Both the position numbers and the translations under genes were made by a program. Under the pieces are notes generated by a model that was not told the DNA's origin, ran no database searches, and worked only from the letters and a program-made list of their open reading frames with translations. A stretch of DNA of 63,704 bases, counting the filler, from Chiloscyllium plagiosum (Eukaryota): NCBI RefSeq assembly GCF_004010195.1. It is 5 parts of one record of this genome, joined end to end, with 100 filler letters (N's around TTAATTAATTAA, not from the genome) between each part and the next. Parts side by side here need not be neighbours in the genome. Positions count along the whole stretch, not along the records: positions 61,096 to 63,704 come from NC_057717.1; 4 more parts are not named here. One strand, given 5' to 3'. Positions 61,500 through 63,704 of this stretch are shown piece after piece; within the stretch, counting starts at the first letter, position 1; every line of letters begins with the position of its first letter.

Positions 61500-63704
61500 A
61501 ATAGAATCGAGTTCAGCACACCATCTTCGGACCACCGTGCTGTGCCAAACATTTATCTTAATGTGAGGTCAAATTCACCTACACACACCTCGTCTTACTG
61601 CCGTCCTGGTGCGAGTGCAGCAGTCCCTTAGCTGTCCGTTATGTAACTGACTTTATGCCCACCTCTGGCTGTACATGCCACGCACCCACCACTCTCTGTG
61701 CAAAGAATCATCCTCTTATATCTCCCCTCATGTTTCCTCCAATCACCTTAAAGCTATGGCACCTGGTTGCAGCAATTTCGGCCCTCGGGAAAAGTCTCTG
61801 CCTGTCTTCTCCACCTTTGTCTCTCATTAATTTGTGCAGCTTTATGACGTCACGTCTCTTCCTTCTTCTCTCCAGTGTTTACAGCCTGTGCTTACTCAGG
61901 ATGAAGCTCAGGCAGCATTCTGATAAAACTGTGAACCCTTTCGAAAGCATATACATCATCTACATCCTTCCAATATCGAGGCGCCCAGAACTGGACACAA
62001 TATTCCAACTGTGGTCTAATGGTCTAACCAGGTTTTTTGTAGAACTGCACCGAAATCTCGCGCCTTTTAAACAAATTCTCCCCCTTAAGGAAACCCAATA
62101 CACCATTCGCCTGCATAACAATCCGATCAACTTGATTGGCAATGGTGAGGGATCTATGTCCATGTACCCCACGATCAGCTTTTCCTCCACGCGGCCGATA
62201 ATCGTGTCTTTAACCCTGATGGAGTTCATCCAGGTTGAACGACTTCAGCCACTTCTCCCCCCAGCTCTGCACCCTTGACACTATTTACAGCACCACTGAC
62301 GTTTGTGTCATCCGCTAATTAACTAAACCATACTTCCACTTTTTCGTCCAATAAATCTGTGAAAACTACAAAGAACCGAGGCTCAAGAGCACCGTTCACT
62401 GATCTCCAGGTGGAATACATTCCATCCACTACTACTCGATGTCTTTGTTCGGCAAGACAATTCTGTAACCAAGCAGTGAAAATTTCCTCTATTCCACATC
62501 TCCTAATATCCTCCATGGGCCTATCTTCGGAAACCTCATCTCATGCCTGACTGAAATCCATATACACCACATCCGATGCTTGATGTTCATCAACTTGTCT
62601 CGTTACGTTCTCAAGGAACTTAATGAGGCTTATGAGGCATGAACTGCCCAACACACTATCTTTAAGCAAGCTATTTTATTCCAAGTAGTCATCATTCCTA
62701 TCTGTCAGAATCCTTGCTTGCCACAGAAGTAAGACTGACAAATCTGTATTTCGCAGGGATTGCCCTATTCCCTTTCTTGGACAGTAAAACAACATTCACC
62801 TCCGCGCAATCATTCGTTTTTACTCCCATGGAGAGTGCGGAAGCAAAGATCATGCCAGAGGAGCAAAAAGCTCATTCGTCGCTTTCCGTAGTAAACTTAG
62901 ATACAGATGGACCAGCCCTGGGGCATTACCTTTCTTTTTGCTTCCTAGATTTTCCAGCATATCAATTTCCTTAATATAAATCTACTCATGCCAATTAACC
63001 AGTTCCACAGTATTCTTACTGACAACAACGTATCTCTTTCGAATGAATACTAAAACAAAACATTCATTTCGGTCCTACCCTACCTCTCCCGCCCCCAGGC
63101 ACAAGTTCCCTCCACTATCCATAATCGGCCCTACTCTCTCGTTAGTCATTCTCTTACTCCTCACGTAAATATAGAACGCCTTGGGTTTTTCCAAATTCAC
63201 CCCACCAAGGATTGTTATTGCACCTCCTAAGCTCTCCGCAATCCATTTTTGAGTTATTTCCGAGCTACACTGTAACCTCTCAACTGTATCAGAACCTTGC
63301 GGCCTCAACCTTAACCAAGCTTCCTTCTTAGTCTTGTCGATAAGACCCTCTTGTCTTGTCATCCGAGCTTTCCATTCCTTACCTGTCTCAGTGGGACAAA
63401 GTTATCCAACCACTCACAACAATTCTCCTTCCCAGGATATTGGGGCCCGTCCAGTTTAAAGGCAACCCATAATTCATGTTCAGGTCTCAGGAAGTACCCC
63501 AATGATCTATGTACCTGAAGCCTTCCCTCCTGCACAAGGTTTGTCGCAATGGGTTCCTATTCCTTGCCTCACTCGCACGTGGCACCAGTAGTAATGCTGA
63601 GATTACTATTCCTCTCCTCTTGCTTTCAACATTCACCCTGATAACATTTTTAGATCCTCAGCCTTTTTCCTATGTATGGCTTTGGTGCCAATATGCACAA
63701 CGAA
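61500..63704 (-). mobile_element. Decayed CR1 LINE(s)
   Basis: Minus strand has EKPKAFYIYVRSKRMT..VGPIMDSGGNLC and WLQNCLAEQRHRVVVDG. Confidence 0.8.

Overview
Repeat-rich vertebrate DNA, most likely from an elasmobranch (shark); this is inferred from HE1/V-SINE-type SINEs, abundant CR1 LINEs and GPR139/GPR142-like GPCR paralogues. It is a draft scaffold with N gaps and artificial TTAATTAATTAA linkers. Main content: (1) The first ~12 kb is a diverged inverted duplication (arms 1-5679 and 6833-12024). It carries two convergent GPR139-like coding exons with complementary frameshifts. A third, internally deleted GPR139-like pseudogene lies at ~31.3-31.7 kb. (2) Several Penelope-like element (PLE) fragments carry minimal hammerhead-ribozyme motifs. 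Two look core-intact, and one sits in a ~90-bp insertion with a 14-bp target-site duplication. (3) A ~10-kb degenerate (CTATGACT)n array contains many nested TEs. (4) An L1 endonuclease segment has no stop codons. (5) A decayed epsilon-like endogenous retrovirus (gag-pro-pol, 54.2-58.8 kb) has a remnant HxS motif of a 2H-phosphoesterase-like domain between protease and RT. No clearly intact host gene is visible. All calls are by eye and TE boundaries are approximate.
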